Below are positions 53,150 to 64,000 of a stretch of DNA of 64,000 nt, piece by piece (the first letter of the stretch is position 1; the number at the start of each line of letters is the position of its first letter). Origin of the DNA: Octopus vulgaris. Taxonomy: Eukaryota. Under the pieces are notes generated by a model. The model did not search any database, was not told the origin of the DNA, and worked only from the letters and a program-made list of their open reading frames with translations. Position numbers and translations under genes: made by a program. Where the stretch lies: the NCBI GenBank assembly GCA_951406725.2, contig OX597839.1, forward strand, positions 12,400,001 through 12,464,000, in the 5' to 3' direction.

Positions 53150-54030
53150 TAATGACTGGATCTGGTAGAAATTGCAGCCAAATCTTTTTTCAAATTGCAT
53201 CTTAAAATAAGGATATGTTAAACAATGTAGTCTTAGATATATGGTAAAAAAAAAGACACCCCACCAAAAAAACAAAAAAAAACATGAATACAAGTTAAAA
53301 GAACAACAAACAAGGTGTATTAGGTTGGTGTTTGGAAAATTGGAAGAAGTTTTTAACATTTTGAGCTATGCTCTTCTATGGAAAGGAAAAGAAACAAACA
53401 TGTCTGAATTAAAATGTCGCTGTAAGCCTTTGATCTTAGGTTTTCTGGATAAAGATTAATGTAGGATTCAACAGCATCAATGGATAACAGACATACATAG
53501 TGACCAATAGAATGTAACCTGTATTTAGTCATTCAGTTTACTAGAGAAACTAGCCAAATCATCTTTCAAATACTCCCACTTGTCTTAAAATCAAGAAGGG
53601 CACATTAAACAATGTAGTCTTAGATATACTATGTCTGAATAGGAGATAAGATGGTCACAGCTGAATGCCTTTGATCTTAGGTCTTCTGGATTAGGATTGA
53701 TCTAGGGTTAAACATCAACAAGTAATAGACAAGTGTATGACCAATAAAATAGCCTGTACTCAGTTGTCCAATTCAGTAGAGATAGTAGCCAAATCTTAAA
53801 ACCACTCTTTGATGTCTTAAATTAAGAAAGGCACATAAAACGATGTTGTCCTAGATATACTATGCTTGAATAAGAGACAAGATGGCAATGATTGATGTTA
53901 AACAGCAACAGCAGGTAACGGATGTACATACTGGTTGATAAAGGAGTGTTTATACAGTCATCCAGACTGCTAGAAACAACAGCCAAACGTCTAGAAATAT
54001 CACACCCTTAAGACAATAGTCTTAAAATGG
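53150..54030 (+). repeat. Tandem array of ~4-5 family F units (~200-240 bp period)
   Basis: Recurring tagaaa..agccaaatc..tcttaaaa..aacaatgtagtcttagatat..gcctttgatcttagg..aacagca. Confidence 0.75.
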
Positions 54031-54217
54031 GTAAAAGAAAGAATATGTATAACCTGCTGAATTCTAGGTGCTGGTAAGTTGACAGAGTTACCTCACTTTT
54101 ATGAACTTGGCTACTGCAGTATATTTTCACCAATTTACATTAGATTAAAATAAAGACAAACAAAAAATTAAATAGATTCTCCTTCAGTTTCAATGACTAA
54201 CTATTTCAGTTGTTTAA

Positions 54218-54439
54218 CCCTTTTGATACCAGCCCGCCTGAAACCGCCTCTGGTTCTGTAGTACAAATGTCTTGTTTTCAAAAGTTCTGAATTAAAATCT
54301 TCCACCAAGCCTTAGTCACAATTTATGTTCCTTACACTAGCTGAATGATAAACTAAATTACTTTACTAATTCTTTGTTATATTTAAAATTAATTGAAAAA
54401 AACACAGAGTATCTCAACAGAAATATGGTAACAAAAGGG
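54218..54439. mobile_element. piggyBac-type MITE
   Basis: ttaa|cccttttgatacc..ggtaacaaaaggg|ttaa. Confidence 0.85.
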
Positions 54440-54629
54440 TTAATCAACTGGTGGATGTGACTAACTATTCCATTTCAAAGACATGTATTCTTAATAAAAC
54501 CTTTAGGCAGAATCAGTGTGACACAGCACAGACAAACTAACCATTCCATTTACAGATGCAAGCCATGTGTCAGGGTTCCTCATAGGTTCACTCACAAGGT
54601 TTGGTTCCATCAGAGGTTGAAGAACAATT

Positions 54630-54630
<1 letters not shown>

Positions 54631-54696
<66 letters not shown>
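54631..54696. repeat. (CA)n microsatellite
   Basis: Pure CA run. Confidence 0.97.
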
Positions 54697-54700
<4 letters not shown>

Positions 54701-55472
54701 CATACATATGTATGTATGTATGTGGCCAGATATTTGGATGTTGTAATGCATTGCTGGTCACAATGTGTTTTGCCTTGTTTTAACCACCCTGCTGGCTAGG
54801 CAAGCAGGACAACATTGCTACTGATTGAAAGGCTATTCTGTTGCAGGGTTACCCTTTGACAGCTGAGTGGACTGGAGCAATGTGAAATGAAGTGTTTTGC
54901 TCAAGAACACAATATGCTGCTCAGTCCTGGAATCAAACACACAATCTAGCAATGGTGAGTGCAACACCCTAACAATTGGGTCACACATCTTCACACACAC
55001 ACACACACACGTGTATGTATCTATATGAGTGACTGGACAAATGAAGTAAAGTGGCACTCATCCTATTTGGTAGGAGGCACATATATAATTTAATAACAAT
55101 TTGAGTCAGCTCCATGTAATTTTTAATTGTGTAGGCTCATAGAATGAACCTGCCAGGTATCTGTCTATCTGTGTGTGTGCCATAATCTACTATGTCCAAC
55201 TTCTTAGAATAAAAAAAGCTGTAGAAACTCTGCCAGATCAAGACTGGAGCCTGGTGCAGCCATCTGGTTGCCAGCCCTCAGTCAAAACCGTCCAACCCAT
55301 GCTAGCATGGAAAACGGATGTTAAACGATGATGATGATGATGATGATGAGAGTGAGTAAAATAAAAATAAAATATATATATACACACTCACACGTGTGTG
55401 TATATGTGTATATATGTATGTATATGCATGCATGTATATATATATATACACACACACATACATACAAACATG

Positions 55473-55529
<57 letters not shown>

Positions 55530-55689
55530 TGTATTTATATTTATGTGTATTTTAAAATGAGTTTTCAATATTTCAATATGCAATTATTTTCAAATATATA
55601 TATTTTTTTAAGAAATGTTTTCTTTTTCATGATGCTAATGTAATAACTTAACAAATTAGGCTAATTGAAAAGAAATGCCTGAAATAATT

Positions 55690-55890
55690 CTAATTTTGGC
55701 ACAAAGCCAACAGTTTTAGAGGCATTATATTGCTTCCCAGTTCTAGACTGGTACTTCATTTTATTGATCCTGAAAGGAAGAAAGGCAAAGTTGATTTTAA
55801 CGAGATTTGAGCTCAGAACATAAAGAGCTTGAAGAAATGTTGCTTAGCATTTTGTCCAATGAGCTAATGAGTCTGTCAGATTGCAACCTC

Positions 55891-55934
<44 letters not shown>

Positions 55935-56385
55935 GATTGTCTTAACTGGTACATCACATGTATTGAGAAGAGCATTGTCGATGTGAGAACTATTACTACC
56001 CATGTATTTTAATTTAACTTTAAAAAAATAAAAAAATGAACGAACTAGTGAGTTTAGTTTAATGGCCTACCAATGTATACTATGAGTTTCTTTGCCCTAG
56101 GAGTCAGGAAGACACTCGGCAAGAAATGGAAGCAAATTTGAAAGAAGAAAAAAAAAAGATAATAATAATAATAATCCTTTCTACTAAAAGAACAAGGTCC
56201 AGAATTTTGCAGGGAAGGGATTAGTAGATTATATTGATCCCAGTGTTTCACTGGTTCTTAATTTATCAACTCCAAAAGGATGAAAGGCAATGTTGACCTC
56301 GGAATTTGAATTCAAAATGTAAGGATGGACAAAATGCTGCAAAGCATTTTGCCCGGCATGCTTACGATTCTGCAAGCTCCCCACC

Positions 56386-56439
<54 letters not shown>

Positions 56440-56950
56440 GTTTCAAATTTTGCCATAAGGGCAGCAGTTTAGGAGAGGGGATGAGTCGATTATTTTATCG
56501 ACCTCAAAAGCATGAAAAGCAAAGTCTGCCTCAGTGGAATTTGAATTTAGAATGCAAAGATGGATGAAATGCTGCTAAGCACCCTGCCCAGTGTGCTAAC
56601 GATTTTGCCACCTTGCCACTATCTTTAATAATGACTTTTGTAAAGTGATTTTTTAAGCATTTATATATTCATTTCTCTTACTTGGGATAGCTGAGGCTAG
56701 TTTTGTATTTTCCCAGATTGCTTTTGGTTTCATTATTAATTGCAGAAGGTGGTGAGTTGGAAAAAACCATTAGGATACCAAACAAAATGCTTAGCGGTAT
56801 TTCACCCATGATTATGTTCTGAGTTCAAATATTACCTTAATCGGCTTTACCTTTCACAGGGTCAATAAATACCAGTTGGGTACTGGGTTCAATGTAAACA
56901 ACAAGTCCTATCCCACAAAATTTCAGGCCTAGTGCATGTTATAAAAAGAT
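55690..56950. mobile_element. Cluster of four SINE D copies separated by (AAT)n tracts
   Basis: Units at ~55690-55885, 56172-56387 and 56438-56620 (-), and 56746-56953 (+). Confidence 0.8.
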
Positions 56951-57502
56951 TATTAACTGCACAGATACAGCTTTTATCTTTTGCTTTTTTCAGTCATTAG
57001 ACTGTGGCCATGCTGGGGCACTGCCTTAAGGGGCTTAGTTGAACAAATTGATCCTAGGAGTTATTTTAAAATTTTCATACTTATTTTACTGGTCTCTTTT
57101 GATGAACTGCAAAGTTACAGGGATGTAAATAAACCAAGACTGATTGTCAAATGGTGGTATGAGACAAACACAAACATAAAGATACATACACACGTATTAG
57201 GTTGTCCGGAAAGTTCTGAGCATTTTTAAGCTAAATTTTTTAACACTTCATTGAACACACCTGAAATGTAACACAGTTAAAACTTTGGCATTGCTTGAAA
57301 TGGTAATGTGTTTCTTCCTTGTTCCTGACTAAAAATAGATTTGTCTTTCATTCCAGTTACCCTTTATTGGCATTTGAAATGTCAAAATATTTGAAAACAC
57401 CATTTTATTGTATAAAATGTACTTGCTTTTAGTTTAAAGAAAAATAAAGTTTAATGAACTAAATACATTTATTCAAATTAAAACTTAAAGATAAGAGTTG
57501 GC

Positions 57503-58200
57503 ATTGATGATGATGATGAGGTAGAGGAGGAAGAAAACAATGACAATGATAATAATGATGGTGGTGATGGTGATGATGATGAGGAGGTGGAGGAAAACAA
57601 CAAAGACAATGACAATGATGATGATAATGATGGTTGTAATGATGACAATGAGGTGGAGGAGGAAAACAATGACGATTACGACAATGATGATGATGATGAT
57701 GATTATAATGAGGAGGAAAATGATGGTGGTGATGTTGATGGTAATGATACTGACATTGAGGTTATGATGGTGACAGTGATGACAACAATGATGATGTTAA
57801 TGATGCCCTAATGCTATTTAACCCTACATGAGCTCTGAATGATGGCCAAAGTCATTTCAGTTAGTGAATCTAAGTCTTTGTTGTCCAGTAATGTCATCCA
57901 TTTTAATTTTAAAGACAGTACGGATGATTGGAGGAAGATTTGGATTATTTCTTGTGGGTTAAGTGATTAAGTAGGAGTCCACCTCATTGGCTTATACATA
58001 AATGTTGCTGGTGCTGCTGCTACTGATGAGGACAACAATATTAGTAATGATGATGATAATGACAGAGGCAGTGATAATAATGGTGATGATGGGGATGCTA
58101 ATAATGATGTAAATGATAATGATGAAGATAATGATTGTAGTGATAGTTGTGATGATAATGATACTGGTGATGATGATAATGATGATTGCAGTAATGACAG
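57503..58200. repeat. Degenerate (GAT/AAT)n trinucleotide tracts
   Basis: Two tracts, 57503-57805 and 58000-58200. A similar tract lies at 45085-45460. Confidence 0.85.
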
Positions 58201-58242
58201 TATGCATTTTTCTGCCCTGACACTAACCCAACCACCACCACC

Positions 58243-58273
<31 letters not shown>

Positions 58274-59819
58274 GCTTCCATTTGAGAGAGAAGTCCCGCC
58301 TCCCCAAAATAATTATTCTGTTTTATGCATACATTATGTAAACACATGCTACAAACATCTATCACACCTTTACACATTTGTGTTTATATACATGTGTGTG
58401 TGTGTGTGTGTGTATAATTATATACAATACATATATACATATAATTATATAAATATATACATGAATATATATGTAAATATATATATATATACACACACAC
58501 ATGTACGCATAGATCTGTATGTATGTATGGACATATGAATGTATGCATATGTTTGTGAATGTGAATATATATCTATACATGTGTGTATGTATGTGTGAAT
58601 GTATATGTGTATATATGTATATGTACACACACAAATACACACGTTTGCATACACACATGTATATATGTATATATGCATATAGAGTCTATCATTCAGGTGT
58701 GTTATTCCAATCAAGATAACTTGGCACAGAAGCAGCACCGCCGTCAGAACAGTTTATATACTTCATATATAGAGTTTCGCAGCATCTCTTGTCTGTCTTG
58801 GCTCCTGGATCTGCTATCACCGTAGGTGTAGAATTGAATGTGATACGTAAACAACACCCCCATTAAAAACAACTCAAGGAAACGAAGGCAATTCTAGAAA
58901 CAGATTCACGCACAGATACAGGCAGACAGACAGACAGAGAAACGGACAAAGCCAAAATACTTGAAGAGTCAAACTTTAGAGCTAGATTTTATTCTTATGG
59001 GTGGTAGACCTAACACAACGCCCAGTTTAACATCACGCCTTAATTCATCAAGGATACTTGTATATGGTTATCTGCCTTGCTAGATACAACATCCAGATCT
59101 CCTATTGAAGTTACTGGTACAGTGAAGAAACTGAAGGGTACATTGGATGGAAATGTAATTCAATACAGGGACCATGACAAGGGTGCTGGAGCCAGATCTA
59201 ATCAGTATATGTGGTAGACCTAACATGGTTCCCAGCTTAGCAGTCCCACCTCAATCCACTAAGAGTGTTTCCACATAGTTTCTTGCCTTGCTAGAAACAG
59301 CACCTGAATCTCCTCCAAATGATCACACTAATTCTCCTGCCAGCTCACTGTCTAAATAATAATAATAATAACAGCAATAATAATAATTTTGGCACAAGGC
59401 CAGCAATTTCAGGGGAAGAGGTAGTCAATTACATTGACCCTTGTGCTCAACTGATACTTATTTAATCAACCCTGAAAGGATGAAAGGCAAAGTCAACTCC
59501 AGCAACATTTAAACTCAGACCACAAAGTCTGACGAAATGCCACTAAGTATTTTGCCCAGCATGGTAACAATTCTGCCAGCCCGCCATCTTCAACTTCAGT
59601 ACTAACATATGAAAACATTGTGTGGCCTTTGTTCTGTATTCCCACCACAAATATATTGAGCTAACCCAATCAGGAAGTATCTATAGGGTTGTTTGATCTG
59701 TTAGAAATAACAGCCAAATCTTTCTTTCCCTTCCAAATCACACTTTGCAATCTTAGATAAGAAAAGGACATATATGAGAGATAATGTAGTCACACAGTTT
59801 TAAGATACATCTCATGGAT

Positions 59820-60221
59820 GTTCTGTGATGCATCTTCAGTGATGTTTTTGGGGTCTCAGACACTCCCTCATGCAGTTTATCCAAAGTCACTTAGTGACCT
59901 TCTCTGCAACTTCAGAGATGGAATTTATAGCCTTCCTCTTCACTGTACCAGTAACTTCAAGCCCAGTCAGAGCTTTCTAGAAGGAACACCTCCACAAAAC
60001 CTCAGCAGCTCACTTCTAGTGCCTTGTAACATACTTGCCAGAGACAATTTCTGTACAGCTCTATCAGCTCCTGGTATTTTGGCAAGCTTCCTCTCATGAG
60101 CTTTCTCCCAGAGCACTCCAAGAGCACTGTCATTTCCCACATAAATACCTGCTTTGTGGAATTTGAGAAGATTGCTATGTCAGGGCAAAATGTTGCTGGA
60201 ACAATATGAACTGGGAGCTTC
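59820..60221 (-). pseudogene. HERO/R2-group non-LTR retrotransposon 3' fragment (restriction-like endonuclease domain)
   Basis: rc: LPVHIVPATFCPDIAIFSNSTKQVFMWEMTV..EKAHERKLAK/YQEL..WQVCYKALEVSC*GF..KRKAINSISEVAEKVTK*LWI (cf. LRPDIVLWS..KQV...ELTVPWE..AHERK.AKY..EVGCRGF..AAERASRWLW). Confidence 0.8.
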
Positions 60222-60441
60222 TAAAAACAGATGGTCAAGGGCTGAAATGTCTTAGATCATACGTCTGCTTGATCAGTCATTAAGAGCAAGCCTAGGGATA
60301 GACAACAACAACAACAACAGCAGCAGCAGCAACAAGAACAACAACATTCTCTACTGTTGACATATGCCCATGTCTGCTGACAGATTCATGAAATGTATAA
60401 CATATATTATCAGGTTTTAGTAATGTAATATATATACTGTA

Positions 60442-60768
60442 TGTGAGGGCGTGTGGCTTAGTGGTTAGGGCATTCGGCTCATGATCGTAAGGTTGTGAGT
60501 TCGATTCCTGGCGACGCGTTGTGTCCTTGAGCAAGACACTTTATTTCACGTTGCTCCAGTCCACTCAACTGGCAAAAATGAGTTGTACTTGTATTTCAAA
60601 GGGTCAGCCTTGTCACTCTCTGTGTCACGCTGATTATCCCCGAGGACTACGTTAAGGGTACACGTGTCTGTGGAATGCTCAGCCATTTGCACATTAATTT
60701 CACGAGCAAGCTGTTCCGTTGATCGTATCAGCTGGGACCCTCGTCGTCGTAACCGGCGGAGTCTTTAA
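60442..60768 (+). mobile_element. Young full-length tRNA-derived SINE family C with 12-bp TSD
   Basis: A box tggcttagtgg, B box gagttcgattcc, CpG-rich. TSD atatatactgta at 60430-60441 and 60769-60780. Confidence 0.92.
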
Positions 60769-60959
60769 ATATATACTGTACATATTTATATATTATATAC
60801 CGTATTTATGTGAATATAACACAACCTTCATTTGTGTACCTAAATGTAATCTCTTATCTTTTTTTTAATCTCAAGTATGATGCTACAACCTCCTCCCTCA
60901 CCCCACCGATTTTGACACTGAATCTTTAGTATTAAATATCTTGCATCAAGCACAAATAT

Positions 60960-61005
<46 letters not shown>

Positions 61006-62416
61006 CCATATGAACATGCACACAGACTTGTAAATGTATATGTATGTATAAGTATGTTTATAATACATCACATGCATTATTATATACATATATATTATAC
61101 ATTTATATACATATACACATGCATTATCTGTATACATAAATGCATATATATACATATACACATACATAATCTCACACACACCGCACACATACATTACATA
61201 TATTTATATACAATTTACATACATACATGTATATATATATATATGTACATATATCTATCCATACATATATATATATACAAATGCACACATATATATTACA
61301 TAATCTTTTATTTTAATAGTAAGTTTCAGTCAGCGTGTAACAAGACACCTGTAATTAGATCCCTGATATAGAAAAATATTCAGATAAACAACAAAGTAGG
61401 GGTGACCATATATAGTAACTGAATGTGTCTGCGAAGTCTCATATGACTTGACATATACCCACTTGCACTTTGAATTTTCAGGAATCACCTTAAATCAGAG
61501 GTTTTGAAGGCGTGGGCTGGGGCAATGTTCTTGACCTCTTTCCAGACTATTATTTTGTGGTTGTGTGAGCCATTATGAGCCTAATGAGAAAAAACCTCTA
61601 TATAAGAAATAGCAGTGAAATCTCCCTCAAATCAAATCACATCATACCTGCTTACAAACAGAGAGAATTTGCTCGATGGGAACTGTGTGTGTGTGTATAA
61701 ATCCATTATTTGCAACAGAAGCAGGAATGAATTGAAATGGCTGCGTATCATACTAAATGCAAATACATTCTAAAAATGTATATTTATTGCAGTATTCATC
61801 TGGAGATAAGTGCTGGTGCATAACTTCTGCTGATTGATAATGATAATAATTATCCTTTCTACTATAGGCACAAGGCCTGAAATTTGTGGGGTGGGATAAG
61901 TCAATCTCATTGACCCCAGTACATGACTGGTACTTAATTTATCAACTATACACAGGACTGAAATTTTGAAGGAGGCTCGCTAGTTTTTGTCTCTTATTTC
62001 TAGTAATGCTGGTGCTAACTAATACCCTTAGTCATTTTAGTAACATCTATATGTAAGTATGTATGTATATATGTGTATATATACATATATATATGTGTGT
62101 GTTTGTATATATGTATATGTACACACACACACACACACATATCAACACATAAATATACTTCTACCATGATGTAAATTTTGTTACGCTTCATCATAGAGTT
62201 TGATTACATTTTCCCATGAGATATTCTGTTTCTTCAGTAAAATCAAAGGTAAGTGATATCTAATGACTTTATAATGAAAGACCAAAACTAATTGCTTTGA
62301 TTACCATTCCAAGCTGTTGAAACTCCTACATATTTTCACAGCCATCACGGCTAAAGATATGCTTATTAAACATATTGTATGTGACTCTCTCATATAAATA
62401 CATACATATGTGTGTA

Positions 62417-62791
62417 TACTCTTTTACTTTTACTTGTTTCAGTCATTTGACTGTAGCCATGCTGGAGCACCGCCTTTTAGTCAAGCAAATCAACCCCAGG
62501 ACTTATTCTTTGCAAGCCTAGTACTTATTCTATTGGTCTCTTTTGCCAAACCACTAAGTTACTGGGACGTAAACACACCAGCATTGGTTGTCAAGCGATG
62601 TTGGGAAGACAAACATAAACATATATATGTATATATACAACGGGCTTCTTTCAGTTTTCGTCTACCAAATCCACTCACAAGGTTTTGGTTGGCCCGAGGC
62701 TATAGTAGAAGACACTTGCCCAAGGTGCCATGCAGTGGGACTGAACCCGGTACCATGTGGTTGGTAAGCAAGCTACCACACAGCCACTCCT
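62417..62791 (-). mobile_element. Full-length SINE family A
   Basis: Reverse complement of 2507-2901. Confidence 0.9.
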
Positions 62792-62794
62792 ATA

Positions 62795-62870
<76 letters not shown>

Positions 62871-63291
62871 ATTTATATATATGCATGTATTTGTGTGTGT
62901 ATATATATAATGTCTAAAAACCAAGTAATGATATTTTGGATGCATTTAATATTTATGTATCAGATAATTGCGCAATAGATAAACATGGAATTTCATCTGT
63001 TATACAAAATCTTCCTCACTTAAGAGATATCAAAATATGAACAAATTGATGGAATTTGCTCTTTATATTTTGGTCAGGGTAGTTTAAGTTTCCTGCTAGA
63101 TGATGAGAGGATTTGGTAAGGAGTAGAATATCTATAGAGAGGGAAAAGAAAGAGAAAATGTGTGTGTGAGAGAGAGAGAGAGAGAGGAGAGGGAAAGAAG
63201 AGAGAAAATGGAAGAAAAGAGATTAGTAGTGTTGGTGTGAGGGCAGAGGAAAAGTGAGAGAGAAGAAGGAAGAGAAAGTCAATTAAATAAA

Positions 63292-63360
<69 letters not shown>

Positions 63361-63542
63361 CATATATATGTATGTATGTATGTATATACACATGTGTGTG
63401 TATGTATACGAACAATATTATCATTAAAAGTGTGAACTTGTAATGATCTTTGGATTATAACTGATGAGGAGAGAGCATGTCAATGTCTAGTGTGTGAATT
63501 TTCTGTTTGTTGCATCGTCATCCTTTTGTTCAATTTTGAATA

Positions 63543-63592
<50 letters not shown>

Positions 63593-63698
63593 TTCTATGT
63601 ATGTATATAGTTTGAATTTAGAGAAAACAAAAGATGAAGACAAGTGAGGGTACAATAAGCAGGTGCATTAGTTTGATGCTTGAGAAGAATGAAAAAGT

Positions 63699-63733
63699 CT
63701 TTGACATTCTGAGCCTACGCTCTTTAACAGGAA
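63699..63733 (-). ncRNA. Decayed hammerhead-like motif in a TA-adjacent element (63612-63780)
   Basis: rc: uuc-CUGUUAA-AGAGC GUAG GCUC-AGAA-UGUC/AAAG. Stem II is intact and the core is mutated. Layout parallels 5158-5192. Confidence 0.4.
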
Positions 63734-64000
63734 GGACTGAGAGGAAAACAAAATGGAGAGAAAAATGTGTAGTATCTTGATAGCAACCAGCATACAATTA
63801 GCTAGAATAGAACACTCAAAGGAAAAATAATCAGTAAATAAAATTTATTAATCAATTTTGTCCCATTACAATATATAAGAATAATTCTGACATGATGACA
63901 AGTGCAACAACTCCAACTTCAATACTGACTTACAGCTATGAGCATGAGTGTGTATATGTATATATATAATCCTTTAGCATTCAGATCATTCTACCAATTA

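Noticed and set aside
57540-57811. Asp/Asn/Glu-rich and Met-rich ORFs resembling acidic biomineral proteins
   Set aside because: Degenerate (GAT)n tract with frame slippage, no signal peptide or splice support; similar tracts at 45085 and 58000 contain stops.
58765-58825. Minus-strand GUGAUA-GCAG..CUGC-GAAAC hammerhead-like motif
   Set aside because: The core has a substitution and a deletion and there is no stem I; not counted.
60442-60515. tRNA-like sequence with A and B boxes
   Set aside because: It is the head of a SINE with body, tail and TSD, not a tRNA gene; the same applies to the other SINE heads.
63455-63510. Plus-strand CTGATGA in a TA-flanked island
   Set aside because: No paired stem II or GAAA; cannot be called a hammerhead.

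Overview
AT-rich, microsatellite-saturated animal genomic DNA. The SINE/LINE repertoire and the (TA)n/(CA)n/(TACA)n density point to an octopus (coleoid cephalopod); this is inferred, not database-checked. No intact protein-coding gene is supportable, and almost all listed ORFs are microsatellite or repeat translations. Recognisable content includes many tRNA-derived SINEs with swappable tails, fossils of several RTE-clade LINEs (one with a PHD finger inserted in the RT), a Penelope-like element RT fossil, and a HERO-type restriction-like-endonuclease LINE fragment. There are also mariner and maT (DD37D) transposase fossils, piggyBac/hAT/mariner/Merlin-like MITEs, and one probable spliced non-coding or 5'-UTR exon pair at about 38.1-38.7 kb (+). 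The most striking unannotated signal is a set of sequence-unrelated short elements, mostly embedded in TA microsatellites, that each carry a minimal type-I hammerhead ribozyme motif. These have palindromic helix III, several carry core variants, nearly all lie on the minus strand, and a Penelope-like RT fossil is in the same window.
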